Shown here piece after piece: positions 45,826 to 55,657 of a DNA stretch of 64,000 bases (its first letter is position 1; each line of letters begins with the position of its first letter). The notes beneath the pieces are model-generated. The model did not search any database. It was not told the origin of the DNA and saw only the letters and a program-made list of their open reading frames with translations. The stretch lies in assembly GCA_041750285.1 (NCBI GenBank), contig JBGSZS010000004.1, positions 300,365 to 364,364 of the forward strand, read 5' to 3'. Both the position numbers and the translations under genes were made by a program. The DNA is from Candidatus Fermentibacteraceae bacterium (GTDB taxonomy: Bacteria; Fermentibacterota; Fermentibacteria; Fermentibacterales; JCC-6).

Positions 45826-46371
45826 CTAAGTCCGTCCCCACTCCTCTTTCAAAACGGAGAAGAAGTGGCGGTCCAGCCAGTGGCCGGAGCGGTGGCTGTG
45901 GCGGCGCATGGTGCCCTCCCAGACGAAGCCGAGGCCGCGAAGGGTGCGCTCGGACGAGGTGTTGCCGGCAAGGCAGGTGGCGCTTATGCGGTGCATGCCC
46001 AGCTCGTAAAGGCCGAACTCGACGAGAAGCCTGGTCGTCTCGCGGGCGAGCCCCCGGCCCTGGAACTCCCGGGCCAGGAAACATCCCAGCCTGCCGTCGC
46101 CGCCGCCCTGCCCCCTGCCCCTCCAGTGTATGCTGCCGCAACCGGCGACCAGGCCGCTCTGCTCCTCCACTATGGCGAGCCGGTAGCGGGACCTGACCGG
46201 CCTGTGCTGGTCGCGGATGCATTCGGAAAGGTACAGGAGGCTCTGCTCGAGCGTCTCGGCGCCCCAGCTCAGGAACTTCATGACCTCGGGGTCGCCGTGC
46301 CAGGCGTGAACGGCTTGAAGGTCTTCCGGGCCATGCTCCCTCAGTGTGACCCCCCGGCCTTGAAGGACCAT
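45826..46371 (-). CDS. GNAT acetyltransferase, RimJ/RimL family
   Basis: FQGRGLARE, LGMHRISA...NTSSERTL..LGF.WEG.MR. Confidence 0.9.
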   Translation of the reverse strand: MVLQGRGVTLREHGPEDLQAVHAWHGDPEVMKFLSWGAETLEQSLLYLSECIRDQHRPVRSRYRLAIVEEQSGLVAGCGSIHWRGRGQGGGDGRLGCFLAREFQGRGLARETTRLLVEFGLYELGMHRISATCLAGNTSSERTLRGLGFVWEGTMRRHSHRSGHWLDRHFFSVLKEEWGRT

Positions 46372-46372
46372 G

Positions 46373-47128
46373 TCAGAGGTCTTCTTCCTCGAGCGTGTAG
46401 GCCAGCGGCATCACCGGATCGTAGAGGACGTGCGGCGGAACGGGGTAGAGCGGACCCGCCTTGGCCATGTCCAGAAGGTTGGGGGCCATCACGTCCCTCA
46501 CGGTGTGCCACGGCGCGGCGAACACCAGCTCGTGGTTCTGGGTTCCCCCGAACCGCCGGTCGCCGGCACACGGAAAGCCTATCACCGGTCTGTCCTCGCC
46601 AATGACGAACCCTATGGCGCTGCAGACCGCGGCCTCGGCGACGGTGTCGGCCGCCACCTTTTCACCGCTTCTCCTGTTGACCGTGTGGACCAGCCTCATC
46701 ACCTGTGCCGGATTGGTGTAGAAAAGCACGGCCTGGGGCTCGAACACCGCATCCCCCAGAGGGGCCAGTTCGATGGCGTCGTAAACCTTCCCGCAGCTTC
46801 CGAGCTGGTATGTGTTCTCGAAGAAGACCTTCCCCGATTCGGCGTCGGCGGTGTACTTCCCCACCGCGGCCTCACCGGACGCGAATGCCGGTGTGGTCTT
46901 CACGAGGCCGGTGCACGAAGCGCCTATGGCGCAGACCATCCGGTCCGGCACCGCGGCCGTCGCCCTGCCCCCGTGCCTTGCCATGCTTATGAGCTGGCAG
47001 ATGTTCAGCTTCATCGGAAAAGGCTTCTTGCTGAGTTCCGCGCGGTCTGCAAGGAGCCTGACCGCCACGGGCCGGGTCTCGAACTTGAGATGCGAGAAGA
47101 AAAGGTCCTCGGCTTCCCTGACATTCAT
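46373..47128 (-). CDS. DUF169-like Cys-containing protein
   Basis: PVAVRL, ICQ...AR, CAIGA, NPAQVMRL, AVCS, PCAGDRRFG. Confidence 0.78.
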   Translation of the reverse strand: MNVREAEDLFFSHLKFETRPVAVRLLADRAELSKKPFPMKLNICQLISMARHGGRATAAVPDRMVCAIGASCTGLVKTTPAFASGEAAVGKYTADAESGKVFFENTYQLGSCGKVYDAIELAPLGDAVFEPQAVLFYTNPAQVMRLVHTVNRRSGEKVAADTVAEAAVCSAIGFVIGEDRPVIGFPCAGDRRFGGTQNHELVFAAPWHTVRDVMAPNLLDMAKAGPLYPVPPHVLYDPVMPLAYTLEEEDL

Positions 47129-47210
47129 GCTCCTGCTCCCCTCAATGAAGTGGTGATCCCGAATCGTGGCAAACATACATTGACCGTTCCCATCATGTAT
47201 ATTGCCCCAC

Positions 47211-47690
47211 ATGAACTGGAACCTGATACTCACGCGTGAAAAGGCCCTCCATCCCGGAATGGACGAGGCCGACGCCATCAAGCTCTTCTACCAGGCCCTC
47301 AGGGGCGGCGACCATCTCATGGGCGACACCGACCGTTACATGACCGAACTCGCCCGTGAATGGGACGGCCTGCCCGCATCCATCGATCCCATGCCTCCGC
47401 TTTTCCAGGTCATAAGCCCATCGGGCGACATGGCCAGGCTTCACCTGGTAACCGCAAAGAGGCGCGGCGTTTCCCTTAAGGCAGTGGCCGAGATCCTCGA
47501 TGCCGGCGGGCTCGCAACCACGCCGGAAAGGGTGGTGGAGGAAGCCCTTCCGGGTTTTCTCAGGGCGGTCCACGATCTTCAGTTCAACAAGGAATCGATC
47601 CGCAAGGCTTTCCAGGGTGACAGCTATCACCACTCCCCCGGCTACGGCTTCGCTTCCTACAGGGTGATCACTTTTCGAAATAACTCGTGA
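47211..47690 (+). CDS. Hypothetical protein
   Basis: DAIKLFYQA..GGDHL and HHSPGY...YRV motif-like ends; fills the gap. Confidence 0.65.
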   Translation: MNWNLILTREKALHPGMDEADAIKLFYQALRGGDHLMGDTDRYMTELAREWDGLPASIDPMPPLFQVISPSGDMARLHLVTAKRRGVSLKAVAEILDAGGLATTPERVVEEALPGFLRAVHDLQFNKESIRKAFQGDSYHHSPGYGFASYRVITFRNNS

Positions 47691-48393
47691 CATCGCCGGG
47701 CGCGGTGCCCGTGACGGAGAAGAAAAGCTCCCTCAGTTCCGGCAGGGTCACGCTTGCGCTCTGCATCGACCTGATGATGCGTCCCTGGTGGATTATGCTC
47801 AGCGTGTCGCAGTTGCCGTGAACCTCTGAGAGCGTGTGCGTGGAGATGAGAACGCCCGCCCCCGATGCCGCAGCGGCGGCGACCATTCGCCAGAACGTCT
47901 CAGCTGAAGGCGGATCGAGGCCTACAAGGGGCTCGTCTATCACGTAGAGCCTGGGACGGGCCGCGAACGCCGAGCTCAGAACCACTCTCTGGATCATCCC
48001 GTGGCTGTACGATCCGGTGCGCTGGTCCAGCCAGCCCTCCATCTCGAACAGCCTCGAACAGAAGGCTATGCGCTCACGGAGTTCCTCATGGGGTATGCCC
48101 CGCAGCCGGCCCGCGAAAAGCAGGTACTCGCGCCCGGTGAGGCGCTTCCACATCACCGGCTCGTCGGGGACGAAGGCGATGCTCTCCCTCATGCGGGAGA
48201 CGGGCTCACCGTCGATGGTGACTTCGCCCGAGTCGGGCGTGACCAGGCCGGCTATCATCTTGAGGGTCGTCGATTTCCCCGCACCGTTCGGCCCCAGGAG
48301 GCCCACGACCGACCCGGCTTCGACATCGAGGCTGAGTTCGTCGACCGCCTTCTTCCCTCCGAAGGAACGGCTGACCCGGTCGAGGCGAAGCAT
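47668..48393 (-). CDS. ABC transporter ATP-binding protein
   Basis: GPNGAGKST, YSHGM, IDEPLVGLDP, STH. Confidence 0.93.
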   Translation of the reverse strand: MLRLDRVSRSFGGKKAVDELSLDVEAGSVVGLLGPNGAGKSTTLKMIAGLVTPDSGEVTIDGEPVSRMRESIAFVPDEPVMWKRLTGREYLLFAGRLRGIPHEELRERIAFCSRLFEMEGWLDQRTGSYSHGMIQRVVLSSAFAARPRLYVIDEPLVGLDPPSAETFWRMVAAAAASGAGVLISTHTLSEVHGNCDTLSIIHQGRIIRSMQSASVTLPELRELFFSVTGTAPGDVTSYFEK

Positions 48394-49280
48394 CAGACGC
48401 CCACCAGCGCCCCGGTGAACTCCACCGGGTCGAACACGGACATGTCGCCGCCACCCTCGCCCGTCCCAATGAACATTATGGGAATGCCCAACTCGTGGGC
48501 CATCGCGAAAACGGCGCCGCCCTTCGCCGTGCCGTCGAGCTTCGTGATGACAAGCCCGGTGAGCGGCACCGCCGAGGCAAAACCGCCGGCCTGCTGCAGG
48601 GCGTTCTGACCCACGGAGCCGTCCAGCACCAGAAGGACCCTGTGGGGGGCGCCCGCCATGGATTTGCCCATCACCCGGTGGACCTTCGACAGCTCATCGA
48701 GAAGGCCCTTCCTGTTGGGAAGCCGGCCCGCCGTGTCCACGAACACCCGGTCGAAACCGCGGGCAACGGCGCTGGCAACGGCGTCGAAGGCCACGGCGCC
48801 GGGATCGGTGCCCTCGGGCCTGACGACGACGGGGATGTCGAGCCGCGTGCCCCAAAGGGCGAGCTGCTCGCCAGCGGCCGCCCTGAACGTGTCGGCGCAC
48901 GCCATGAGGGTCTTGAAGCCCCGGGCCTTCTCCATGGCGGCAAGCCTCGCCACCGTGGTGGTCTTGCCCGAACCGTTGACCCCTACGACCATCGTGACGA
49001 ACGGACGGGGGTCTCCCGGAGGGTCAACACTTTCGGGAAGCATTCCCCGAAGCACGATCGCAAGGCCCTCCCTGAGTTCAAGGCCCTGCTTCGAGCAGAG
49101 CGCGGGGAGGTCGGTCATCACCTTCCCGGTGAGCTTCCAGCCCAGGTCGGCCCCGAGCAGGGCCTCCTCGAGCTTCTCCATGTCGGCGGCGCCGGGCATT
49201 CCCCTGCCGAAGAGGGATGCCAGCTTTCCCGCAAGGGCATCCCTGCTTTTCTTGAGTTTCTCGGAGAGACCGGGGCTCAA
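48393..49280 (-). CDS. ftsY: SRP receptor FtsY (NG domain only)
   Basis: GVNGSGKTTT, DTFRAAA, DTAGR, TKLDGTAKGG. Confidence 0.96.
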   Translation of the reverse strand: MSPGLSEKLKKSRDALAGKLASLFGRGMPGAADMEKLEEALLGADLGWKLTGKVMTDLPALCSKQGLELREGLAIVLRGMLPESVDPPGDPRPFVTMVVGVNGSGKTTTVARLAAMEKARGFKTLMACADTFRAAAGEQLALWGTRLDIPVVVRPEGTDPGAVAFDAVASAVARGFDRVFVDTAGRLPNRKGLLDELSKVHRVMGKSMAGAPHRVLLVLDGSVGQNALQQAGGFASAVPLTGLVITKLDGTAKGGAVFAMAHELGIPIMFIGTGEGGGDMSVFDPVEFTGALVGV

Positions 49281-49293
49281 GGGATGACCTCCT

Positions 49294-52200
49294 TCACTCC
49301 ATCTCCGAAAGGCTTACGGTCGTGAGGCCCGAGACGCCGGGTTCGGCCATCGTGATCCCGTAGAGCCTGTCCGCCGCTTCCATCGACCTCTTGTTGTGCG
49401 TCATCATCAGGAACTGGGTATCCGCGCTGAACCGCCTGAGGATGCCCATGAAGCTGTCTATGTTCGCGTCGTCGAGCGGGGCGTCGAGCTCGTCGAGTAT
49501 GCAGAAGGGGCTTGGCTTCACCAGATAGAGGCTGAAGAGAAGCGCAACGGCCGCGAGCGCCCTCTCGCCGCCCGAGAGCGAGGTCACGTTCTCGAGCTTC
49601 TTGCCCCTGGGTCTTGCCATTATCTGTATGCCGCCCTCGAGCGGGTCTTCCGCGTCGAGTGCCGTGATGTCGGCCTCGCCACCTCCGAACAGCTCGACGA
49701 AAACCCTCCTGAAATGGTCCCGCACCTGGGAGAAGGTCTCGCGGAAACGTGACTGCGCCTCCCTGTTTATCTCGGTTATCGCCGTTTCCAGCGACTCCCG
49801 GGCCTCCATGAGGTCACGCCGCTGCTCGGTCAGAAATCCGAGCCTCTCCTCGGCCTCCCTGAACTCGTCGACGGCCAGCATGTTCACGGGGCCTATGCCC
49901 TCGATGATCCTCGACTGGCGCTGCTCCTCGTCGGCAAGCGCCTGCGGCGGCTGATCGAGGAAGGGGTTATCGGTGTCCTGCGAGGGAAGCCCCTTTCTGA
50001 GGGCTTCCGCCTTCTCTTCAAGGGCGGCCGACTCCGAATGCGCCTGCGACCTTTTCTCGCGGGCCTGTCCGTGAAGGCTCCTTGCGTTGGACGACTGCTC
50101 CTCGAGGGCCGCGGTCTTCTGAATGAGTTCGGCCCTGGCCGAAGCCGCCATGTTCCTGTTCTCTCCTGCGGCATCCCTTTCCTTCGTCAGGGTGGCAACC
50201 CGCTCCGAGAGGGCTTCAAGTTCCTTCTCGAGTACGCCTGCCCGTGAAGTCAGCTCGCCGGCTTCCTGCGAAAGCTCTTCGGCGGCGGTCGTGGCAGCCC
50301 GGGACTCGGTCCTCTGTTCGAGTGCCCTTGCCCTGAGCTGCGTGACGCGGCTCCCAGCCTCGCGCAGGTTCATGGCGGCGCGCTCCCTGGCCAGGAACAC
50401 GCCGGTGCTCTGCTCTCTGACTTTTTCGAGAGCCTCGGCCGCTGCACTTGCATCCCCTGAGAGCAGAACAAGCCTCTCCTCGCCCTCCCTTATGCCAAGG
50501 TCGGGGTCGGGGCTCGGCTCGTCGGCATGCGGGAGCCCCGCCAACTCCCCGGAGAACCTGCCAAGGGATTCCTCGAGGCCGGCAAGGGCCTTCTCGGCCT
50601 CGGACTTCCGGCTCGACAGCACCGCCTCGGCGCGCTGAAGGTCGGAGAGTCTCACCCTGAGCCCCTCGGTCATCTTCTCCCGGAGGGCAACCGATTCCCC
50701 AAGTTCCAAAGCCTTCGCGCCGAGTTCCGACACCCGGCCGGACAGTGCGGAAAGCCTGGTCTCGCAGACGGCAAGGGCCGAAGCGATCTCGACCGCGCCG
50801 GTGCCGCCGTCGGGGACGCCGAGGCGCACGGTTCCGTCCGGCATGAAAAGGTGTCCCTCACGGGTCACTATTCCCATCGTGGTGGCTGATCCGAACCACT
50901 CCAGGGCGGTTTCGAGGTCGGGCGCCAGGACGTAGTGACCAAGCACCGACTCGGCCACCGGGTCGGGCTTCGCCAGGAACGTGTTCATTGTCACCGCGCC
51001 AGGTGGCGGCTCGCCCGGGCAGGTCCTTCCGCCCACGGCGTACCTGGCCCCCCCGCCTGGAAGGCCTGAATGGATCTCCGGCACGGGCAGCGCAGACTGC
51101 ATCGCGTCGAGGCAGGCCCCGACTGCGGGCCCCATCCCCGGTTCCACGTCTATCACGGCGCCGATCGTCTCTCCGCTACGGGCCTTCTCAAGGGCATTCC
51201 GGAGGGCCGAAGCCTCGCGCTCGCACGCGCCGTGGAGCGTCACGGCCTCGCCGGCCCTGAGGGCCGTTTCAGAGGCGGCCGCCCTGGCTTCGGAAAGGGC
51301 TTCGGAGGCCTCGCGCAGCTCGTCCCCGGTCAGCCCGCACTGGCGGCGGGCCTCGGCAAGTTCTGCGGAAAGGGTTTCGATCGAAGCCTTGAGGGCCGCG
51401 GCATCGGCCCGGCCCTGTGTGATCTTCTGGTCGAGTTCCCGGGCCCTCTGTCTTTGCGCCTCGTAGGCCCTTGCCTTCTCGAGGTAGCGGTTTCTGAGTT
51501 CGGTGAGGGAATCGGAACACTCCCTCTCCCTGCTCCGCGCTTCCAAAAGGGCTTCCCTGGCTTTGCCGAGGGCTTCCTCGCACGCGGCCGCGGCCTCCTC
51601 CTCACGCCGTGCGGCCTCCGCTGCCTCACTGGCCGAGGTCTCCCAGAGTGCGGCTTCGGCTTCGGCCTCTTCGGCGTCCCTTTCGTACTTCAGGGCGCGC
51701 TCCCGCTCACGGGCGCAGCGGGCCATGTTCTCGCCCGCGGTCCGGCGCATGCCCGCAACCCTTTCGGCGGAAACCGCCCGCTCCCTTTCAAGGGCGGCTA
51801 TCCCGGATTCGATGGAGGCGCACTTCGCGTGGGCCTCGTCGAGACGGGTCTGGGCCTCGCCCTGGCGCACCCTTGCCTCGGCCAGGGCCATCTCGAGGGA
51901 TGAAAGGGCACCCGCGTGCAGGGCCTCGTCGGCCGCTGCCTGTTCGAGGGCTTTCCGGGCCGCGGCAAGCCTCTGTTCAATGATCAGCAGCTCGCCCGAG
52001 GCAAGCGCCGCCCTGATCTGTTCGATGGTGTTCCGGGCCTTCTCGTACCGCCTGTACGAGGCCACCTGCTTTTTAAGGGCGCCATGGGTGCGCTCGACCT
52101 CGGAGATGATGTCGGAAAGGCGCTCGAGATCGGTACCCGCCGTTTCGAGCTTGAGCCCCGCCCGGTGTCTCTGGATCTTGTAGCGTCCTATCCCCGCCGC

Positions 52201-52689
52201 CTCGTCGAAGAGTTCACGGCGGTCCTCCGCCCTGGGGGAGAGGATGGTCTTCACCATCTCCGCCTCGAGTATCCAGTAGCCTGCGCTGCCGAGGCCGCGG
52301 TCGACCATCAGGTCGGTGACGTCCATCAGACGGCACTTGTTGCCGTTGATGAGGTATTCGCTGACACCCGAGCGGAAGAGCCTTCTCGTGACCGACACCT
52401 CGTCGAAATCGAGCGCCAGGGACCTGTCGGAGTTGTCGAAGGTCACCTTGACCTCGGCCATGCCCATGGGCTTCCGTCCCGCGCTGCCGTCGAAGATCAC
52501 GTTCTCCATCACCTCGGCGCGTATCTGCTTCGCGCTCTGGGTGCCCATCACCCACCTGAGCGCGTCGGCGACGTTGCTCTTCCCGCACCCGTTGGGGCCC
52601 ACTACAGCGCTTATGCCGGGTTCGAAGTCCATTATGAAAGAATCGGCGAAGGACTTGAACCCGAGTATCTCCAGTCTTTTCAGGCGCAT
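49294..52689 (-). CDS. smc: Chromosome partition protein Smc
   Basis: GFKSFAD, GPNGCGKSN, long coiled coils, LSGGE, LDELDAPLD. Confidence 0.95.
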   Translation of the reverse strand: MRLKRLEILGFKSFADSFIMDFEPGISAVVGPNGCGKSNVADALRWVMGTQSAKQIRAEVMENVIFDGSAGRKPMGMAEVKVTFDNSDRSLALDFDEVSVTRRLFRSGVSEYLINGNKCRLMDVTDLMVDRGLGSAGYWILEAEMVKTILSPRAEDRRELFDEAAGIGRYKIQRHRAGLKLETAGTDLERLSDIISEVERTHGALKKQVASYRRYEKARNTIEQIRAALASGELLIIEQRLAAARKALEQAAADEALHAGALSSLEMALAEARVRQGEAQTRLDEAHAKCASIESGIAALERERAVSAERVAGMRRTAGENMARCARERERALKYERDAEEAEAEAALWETSASEAAEAARREEEAAAACEEALGKAREALLEARSRERECSDSLTELRNRYLEKARAYEAQRQRARELDQKITQGRADAAALKASIETLSAELAEARRQCGLTGDELREASEALSEARAAASETALRAGEAVTLHGACEREASALRNALEKARSGETIGAVIDVEPGMGPAVGACLDAMQSALPVPEIHSGLPGGGARYAVGGRTCPGEPPPGAVTMNTFLAKPDPVAESVLGHYVLAPDLETALEWFGSATTMGIVTREGHLFMPDGTVRLGVPDGGTGAVEIASALAVCETRLSALSGRVSELGAKALELGESVALREKMTEGLRVRLSDLQRAEAVLSSRKSEAEKALAGLEESLGRFSGELAGLPHADEPSPDPDLGIREGEERLVLLSGDASAAAEALEKVREQSTGVFLARERAAMNLREAGSRVTQLRARALEQRTESRAATTAAEELSQEAGELTSRAGVLEKELEALSERVATLTKERDAAGENRNMAASARAELIQKTAALEEQSSNARSLHGQAREKRSQAHSESAALEEKAEALRKGLPSQDTDNPFLDQPPQALADEEQRQSRIIEGIGPVNMLAVDEFREAEERLGFLTEQRRDLMEARESLETAITEINREAQSRFRETFSQVRDHFRRVFVELFGGGEADITALDAEDPLEGGIQIMARPRGKKLENVTSLSGGERALAAVALLFSLYLVKPSPFCILDELDAPLDDANIDSFMGILRRFSADTQFLMMTHNKRSMEAADRLYGITMAEPGVSGLTTVSLSEME

Positions 52690-53246
52690 CGGCGGGACTC
52701 CAATCGGTAAAGCCCTGGGAAGGCTGCAAGGTAGTCGATGAAACTCACGATGACCAGGAGCATTGCCGCCGCCCCCAGCAGGTCGGCGCCGGGCAGGACC
52801 ACCGGGCCCAGGACCACCCCGGAGAAAAACGCCTGCCTTGTCAGAAAAAGGGCCATGAGAAGGGTTGAGAGCTTGCCGAGGGGTCTGGCCGAGGGAGGTT
52901 TGATCCTTCCGGCGAGGAAAAGCCCGCCCAGCCCTATGAGAACATCGCGCGAAAGAAGGACCAGCAGCACCCAGAGCCTCAGGGCGCCGGTATGAACCAG
53001 GGCCCACGCGAAGAGGGCGAAGGCAACCTTGTCCGCCAGCGGGTCGAGAATGCGGCCCCAGTCGCTGACCGTGCCGGTGCGTCTGGCCACGAAGCCGTCC
53101 AGCCAGTCCGATGCTATGGCGGTGAACACGAAAAGGCCCGAAAGAGTGGGCATCCCGCGCACGATGAAGTACGAAGCCGCAGCCCCAAGGGGTATCCTGG
53201 CAAGGCTGATCACATTGGCTGCTGTAAGAAACCTGCCCTCAGCCAC
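52680..53246 (-). CDS. CDP-alcohol phosphatidyltransferase (PgsA-like)
   Basis: DWLDGFVARR...WGRILDPLADK. Confidence 0.9.
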   Translation of the reverse strand: MAEGRFLTAANVISLARIPLGAAASYFIVRGMPTLSGLFVFTAIASDWLDGFVARRTGTVSDWGRILDPLADKVAFALFAWALVHTGALRLWVLLVLLSRDVLIGLGGLFLAGRIKPPSARPLGKLSTLLMALFLTRQAFFSGVVLGPVVLPGADLLGAAAMLLVIVSFIDYLAAFPGLYRLESRRCA

Positions 53247-54876
53247 GCCGGCCCCGCCCCTGCCTGCTCTCCAGCATGCTCCTGGCGTGCTGCACCGCGG
53301 CCTCGCCGCCGCCGAGCAGACGCGCCAGCTCCATTACCCTCTCTTCCTCCCCGGTCAGCACCCTCGTTCCGGATTCGGGCATGCCGTTGACGACCCTCTT
53401 TTCCACCAGGATGTTCCGGTCAGCCCTTCCCGCCACCTGGGCAAGGTGGGTTATCACTATCACCTGCCGGGCCGCGCCCGCCCTGGACAGGGACTCCCCC
53501 AGGCTGTGGGCGGTTTCCCCCCCGGTGCCCGAGTCTATCTCGTCGAAAACAAGTGTCGAGACGCCGGATGCGCCAGCCAGGGCCAGCTCGAGGGCCAGGG
53601 CGACCCTGGACAGCTCCCCGCCGCTGGCAATTGCCGCAAGCGGCCCGGGCGGCATCCCGGTGTTCGCCGTGAAAAGGAACTCGGGCTCGGAAAGCCCGAC
53701 GGGGCCCAGGGAGCAGCCGAGTACTTCAATCCCCCGGGAAGCCGGGGTGAACCCGACGCTGAACGCGGAAGAGGGCATCCGAAGCAGGCTGAGTTCCGAG
53801 TTGCACTGCTCGGAAAGCTTCGCCGATGCTTCGGTCCTGGCAAGTTCGAGCTCGTGCGCACAGCGGGAAAGCTCCTCCTCGAGGACGGGCCTTCCTTCGG
53901 TGAGGGACGAGAGCTCTTCCTCGAGGGCCTCCATTCCGGCGAGCTCGGCCCCCAGCCGTTCGCCCGCCCCCAGCATTTTCTCAAGACTGCCGCCGGTGCG
54001 GGAAATGAGCCTGGCGTAGGAGTCCAGCCTCTCATCCATCTCCCCAAGCCTGCCCGGGGCGTCCTCGAACTCGCCGAGAAGGCCGCGGCCCAGCCGGGCG
54101 GCCTCGGAGGCGCAGATGCCCGCCTGGCCGAGGAGTTCGACGAGTTCACCCTGGCCCGGGTCGGCTGCGTTTATGTTCCGGCAGAAGCCCGCGAGCCTTC
54201 CGATGAAGCCGTCGTCACCCTCGAGGGCCTCGGTGAGCCCTCCGTAGAGAAGGGCCAGTTCCTGTGCCTTTTCAAGGCGGCTGCGCTCATCCCTGAGGTT
54301 TTCGTAATCCTCCCGCGAGGGTTTGAGCTTCCCGAAGAGCGAGAGCTCGTGCAGCACGATCTCGCGCCTCGAAGCGAAGCCCGATATGATCCCCGAAAGC
54401 TCAGCCGTCCTCGTGAGAAGGGTCCTGTATTTCGAGTAGAGCCCGGCGTAGCGCCTGGCAAGGGGCACGCACCCCGCGAAGCTGTCGAGAAGGGCCACCT
54501 GCATGGGTTTCCGGAGCAGCGCGGGCGTCGACCTCTGGGTGTGCAGGCCCATCCTTCCGTCGAGCGACTCCACAACGTCCTCAAGGGTGCTCAGGGCGTC
54601 GTCAATGAACACCCTGCTCCTGCCCTCGGCGAAAACCTCTCGCCTTATGCAGAGCTCCCCGCCGTCATCGCTGAAAACGGCCTCGACCGAAGCCAGGCGC
54701 GCCCCCGGGCGCACCAGGGTCTTGTCGGCCCTTGCCCCCATGGCGAGAAGCAGGCCGTCGATTAGGATGGACTTGCCCGCGCCGGTCTCGCCCGTGAGAA
54801 CGTTCAGGCCGGGCCCGGGTTCGAGCACGGTGTCGCTTATCGTTGCCAGGTTCGAGAGGGCGAGCCTGTTCAGCAT
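53239..54876 (-). CDS. recN: DNA repair protein RecN
   Basis: TGETGAGKS, ASGGELSR, FDEIDSG, ITHLAQVA, ELARLL. Confidence 0.95.
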   Translation of the reverse strand: MLNRLALSNLATISDTVLEPGPGLNVLTGETGAGKSILIDGLLLAMGARADKTLVRPGARLASVEAVFSDDGGELCIRREVFAEGRSRVFIDDALSTLEDVVESLDGRMGLHTQRSTPALLRKPMQVALLDSFAGCVPLARRYAGLYSKYRTLLTRTAELSGIISGFASRREIVLHELSLFGKLKPSREDYENLRDERSRLEKAQELALLYGGLTEALEGDDGFIGRLAGFCRNINAADPGQGELVELLGQAGICASEAARLGRGLLGEFEDAPGRLGEMDERLDSYARLISRTGGSLEKMLGAGERLGAELAGMEALEEELSSLTEGRPVLEEELSRCAHELELARTEASAKLSEQCNSELSLLRMPSSAFSVGFTPASRGIEVLGCSLGPVGLSEPEFLFTANTGMPPGPLAAIASGGELSRVALALELALAGASGVSTLVFDEIDSGTGGETAHSLGESLSRAGAARQVIVITHLAQVAGRADRNILVEKRVVNGMPESGTRVLTGEEERVMELARLLGGGEAAVQHARSMLESRQGRGRRG

Positions 54877-54877
54877 C

Positions 54878-55657
54878 TCATCCCCTGAAGCTCCATCCGA
54901 GCTTCCTGCCCAGCCTCACGTAGTAGCCCTCCTCGTCCGGAAGGCTCACCATCAGCCTGTTGCGGGACGCGCGGGAGACGGCAACGCTGTCGCCGTCCGC
55001 AAGAACCCTTCCCGTGGGCCTTCCGTCGGGGCTCACCAGCGCCCTGTCCTCGGGACCGTAAATGGTGATGGAAACGGACGCCGAAAGGGGTATGACGATG
55101 GGCCGCAGTGAAAGGAGGTGGGGGCAGACCGGCGTGATGACCATTGCGGACAGGTTGGGGTGGAGGATCGGCCCACCGCACGAGAGGCTGTAGGCCGTCG
55201 AGCCCGAGGGTGTCGAGACCAGAACGCCGTCGCCGGTGAGCATGGCGGCGGACTGGCCGTTGACCTCGATCCCCATGTGCAGAAGGCCGTAGTCGGAACA
55301 CCTGTGCACGCAGACGTCGTTCACAGCGGTGTGCTCGGAGCCGTCGGGGAACTTCAGGGAGAGAAGGGGAAGCTCCCGTATGTGGAAATCGCCCGAGGCA
55401 AGGCTTCCGGCCGCCCCGGGAAGGTCGTCTTCGCCGCAGGATGACAGAAAGCCCAGGTGCCCGGCGTTCACTGCCAGTACAGGGGCCTCGTACATGTTGA
55501 AGCACTTCAGGAACGTGCCGTCGCCCCCGATCGCCACGACGACATCGGGGTCGGTGTCGGAAACGGTTATCCCGGCATCGGTGAGTACCGCCGCAGCCGC
55601 ATGGTACCGGTCGGGCAGGAACGGCGCGTAAACCTTCGCGGTGACAACGGGCTTCAT
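54878..55657 (-). CDS. nadK: NAD kinase
   Basis: GGDGTFL, GHLGFL, AVND, DG..VSTPSGSTAYSLSCGGP. Confidence 0.95.
   Translation of the reverse strand: MKPVVTAKVYAPFLPDRYHAAAAVLTDAGITVSDTDPDVVVAIGGDGTFLKCFNMYEAPVLAVNAGHLGFLSSCGEDDLPGAAGSLASGDFHIRELPLLSLKFPDGSEHTAVNDVCVHRCSDYGLLHMGIEVNGQSAAMLTGDGVLVSTPSGSTAYSLSCGGPILHPNLSAMVITPVCPHLLSLRPIVIPLSASVSITIYGPEDRALVSPDGRPTGRVLADGDSVAVSRASRNRLMVSLPDEEGYYVRLGRKLGWSFRG

Noticed and set aside
52690..53007. N-terminal extensions on smc (also dxs, nadK, cysC, fprA, B12-rSAM) in the ORF track
   Set aside because: They overlap upstream genes; family-typical N-termini begin at downstream starts.
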